Positions 7,339-8,626 of a stretch of 8,626 nucleotides of DNA are shown here, piece after piece; position 1 is the first letter of the stretch, and every line of letters begins with the position of its first letter. The stretch is from a virus (taxonomy: Monodnaviria > Loebvirae > Hofneiviricota > Faserviricetes > Tubulavirales > Inoviridae), in the IMG/VR virus record IMGVR_UViG_2663762939_000001, positions 1-8,626 of that record; one strand, written 5' to 3'. Position numbers and translations under genes: made by a program. Below the pieces are notes generated by a model that saw only the letters and a program-made list of their open reading frames with translations, was not told the origin of the DNA and did no database searches.

Positions 7339-7761
7339 ATGAGTAGAAATAACGAAACAAGCGGCGTTGAACTGGTTGTCGTGGGCGTATTTGCTTTCTG
7401 TCTGGCAGTTGTTGCCTGGCTAATGAAAACTTTCGATGTTGAATGGCAAACAGCACTGGAAACTGCGCCTGGCCTGATAGTCTGGCTGCTTGTTGTCGGT
7501 GCGGGGATCTTTTTCGGGATCAAAATGGAAACTGGCCTTATTCGCTGGGGTGCTCCACTGGCGATCGCCCTTCTGATTCCGGTATTCAAGCCAATTCTTA
7601 AGGAAGCTGCCGGAGTTCGTGAAACGGGTGGGCTGGTTTTCGATGATATGGTTTCGTGGTATGGAACTGGCTGGGGAATGTCTCTGATGTTCTTCGGGAT
7701 TCTTATTGTCGGATATGGCCTGCTTTATTGGTGGCACAGAAGAAATTCATATTACTGGTAA
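7339..7761 (+). CDS. Small integral membrane protein (140 aa, about 4 predicted TM helices), function unknown
   Basis: Four hydrophobic segments (about residues 10-28, 44-62, 69-83, 112-131) and a Trp/Tyr-rich C-terminus. AAGGA lies about 9 nt upstream of the ATG. The overlapping minus-strand ORFs are low-complexity antisense shadows. Confidence 0.65.
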   Translation: MSRNNETSGVELVVVGVFAFCLAVVAWLMKTFDVEWQTALETAPGLIVWLLVVGAGIFFGIKMETGLIRWGAPLAIALLIPVFKPILKEAAGVRETGGLVFDDMVSWYGTGWGMSLMFFGILIVGYGLLYWWHRRNSYYW

Positions 7762-7789
7762 TCAATAAAACGTAGAAGAGAGGAAACAT

Positions 7790-8065
7790 ATGAAACTGAA
7801 TCCTGAGAAATACAATAGAAACATCACCCTGCTATGTCCTGTGTGCGGAAATACAGAGATGGAACACGAGGAAGAGTCTGAAGTCGTCAGATGTGTAGGC
7901 TGCGGGAAAGAATTTACTAATGATGAATTAATCCAAGAAAACGGGGTGAGTATTGACGCCCATGTAGATGAAATAAAAGAAGAGTTAACAAAAGACATTC
8001 AAAAACAGTTTGGTGACATGCTCAAAAAGGCATTTAAGGGAAGTAAGAATATAAGGATCAAATAA
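7790..8065 (+). CDS. Small zinc-ribbon protein (91 aa; CPVCG…CVGCG), function unknown
   Basis: Two CxxC pairs (C16/C19 and C35/C38) form a putative zinc ribbon, followed by a charged helical tail. Strong RBS (AGAGAGGAAACAT-ATG). The stop overlaps the next gene's start (TAATG). Confidence 0.65.
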   Translation: MKLNPEKYNRNITLLCPVCGNTEMEHEEESEVVRCVGCGKEFTNDELIQENGVSIDAHVDEIKEELTKDIQKQFGDMLKKAFKGSKNIRIK

Positions 8066-8544
8066 TGACAACAAGTGATGCCATCGCTTTAGCTGCGCTT
8101 GTAGTATCGATTTACACTATCATATCGTCAGAAATGAAATCGAGAAAAAGCGATAGAGAACAAAGGGTTATAAAGGATGAGCAAGACAGGTTACGTAAGT
8201 TGCTTCTGGAAAAAGAAACAAAGTCAGCAATTAATGAGATGAAAGCTGAGCTTGGTGCTCGCCTCGTAAAAATAGCCAAAAACAACTATAGGCTCAAGAT
8301 ATTTAATAGAGGGAGGGTTGAGGCTAAAAATATAGAGATTCATTTCCCTGATAACGATGGAAATGAATATCTTTCAATGCATGATGTAGAAGATAAATTT
8401 CCATATGAGGTATTACACCCGCAACATGGGATTGAAATTTTAGCGGGAATAAGCTTTGGAAGTAAAACTAAATACCGAATAAAACTCATATGGGATGACA
8501 ATTATAAAAGAAGAAATGAAGAGGAGTTTTTCATTTCTATATAA
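8065..8544 (+). CDS. N-terminally membrane-anchored protein (159 aa) with charged helical linker and beta-rich C-terminal domain, function unknown
   Basis: N-terminal hydrophobic helix (AIALAALVVSIYTIISS), a Lys/Glu-rich predicted coiled region, then a C-terminal domain. AAGGA RBS with 7-nt spacer. Translationally coupled to the zinc-ribbon gene. Confidence 0.65.
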   Translation: MTTSDAIALAALVVSIYTIISSEMKSRKSDREQRVIKDEQDRLRKLLLEKETKSAINEMKAELGARLVKIAKNNYRLKIFNRGRVEAKNIEIHFPDNDGNEYLSMHDVEDKFPYEVLHPQHGIEILAGISFGSKTKYRIKLIWDDNYKRRNEEEFFISI

Positions 8545-8574
8545 ATTGGTTCGCACAATGACGTTATGCTAAAG

Positions 8575-8612
8575 AGGCCGCTGCGGGATTCGATTTTCGC
8601 AGCGGCCTTTTC
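8575..8612 (+). terminator. GC-rich hairpin plus T-tract (candidate intrinsic terminator), core of a longer imperfect palindrome
   Basis: Stem AGGCCGCTGCG (8575-8585) / CGCAGCGGCCT (8598-8608), 12-nt loop, followed by TTTT (8608-8611). The arms extend imperfectly to 8562-8585 / 8598-8621, 21 of 24 matching. Confidence 0.5.
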
Positions 8613-8626
8613 AACATAACGAGTCG

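Noticed and set aside
7299-7998. Three minus-strand ORFs (7299-7589, 7420-7737, 7762-7998)
   Set aside because: They are antisense to plus-strand genes that have strong RBSs and coherent membrane or zinc-ribbon features. Their translations are low-complexity (Ser/Thr/Pro-rich), as expected for antisense frames.
1-8626. CRISPR arrays, tRNA/rRNA genes, integrase or transposase genes
   Set aside because: There are no regularly spaced direct repeats with unique spacers, no tRNA-like cloverleaf candidates, and no ORF with recombinase or transposase features. This fits a XerCD-dependent phage that needs no integrase of its own.

Overview
The window looks like a near-complete filamentous phage (Inovirus, Ff-like) genome or prophage. 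On the minus strand, 795-6633 carries the canonical order gII (rolling-circle initiator), gV-like, two tiny hydrophobic ORFs (pVII/pIX-like), gVIII (major coat), gIII (adsorption protein with Gly-rich linker), gVI, gI (Zot-family assembly ATPase) and gIV (secretin). A divergent intergenic region (6634-6792) leads to a plus-strand HTH (XRE-type) regulator, placed like CTXphi RstR. Downstream is a three-gene plus-strand cassette (7339-8544) with no family I can recognise: a 4-TM membrane protein, a CxxC...CxxC zinc-ribbon protein and a translationally coupled N-terminally anchored protein. This is the best candidate for an undescribed accessory system, possibly superinfection exclusion, defence or a toxin module. 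The first 15 nt are an exact reverse-complement match to the XerC arm plus central region of E. coli dif, and the last ~80 nt form a long imperfect palindrome with dif-arm-like sequences, suggesting XerCD-mediated integration. All calls come from reading the sequence and ORF translations; no database search was run.
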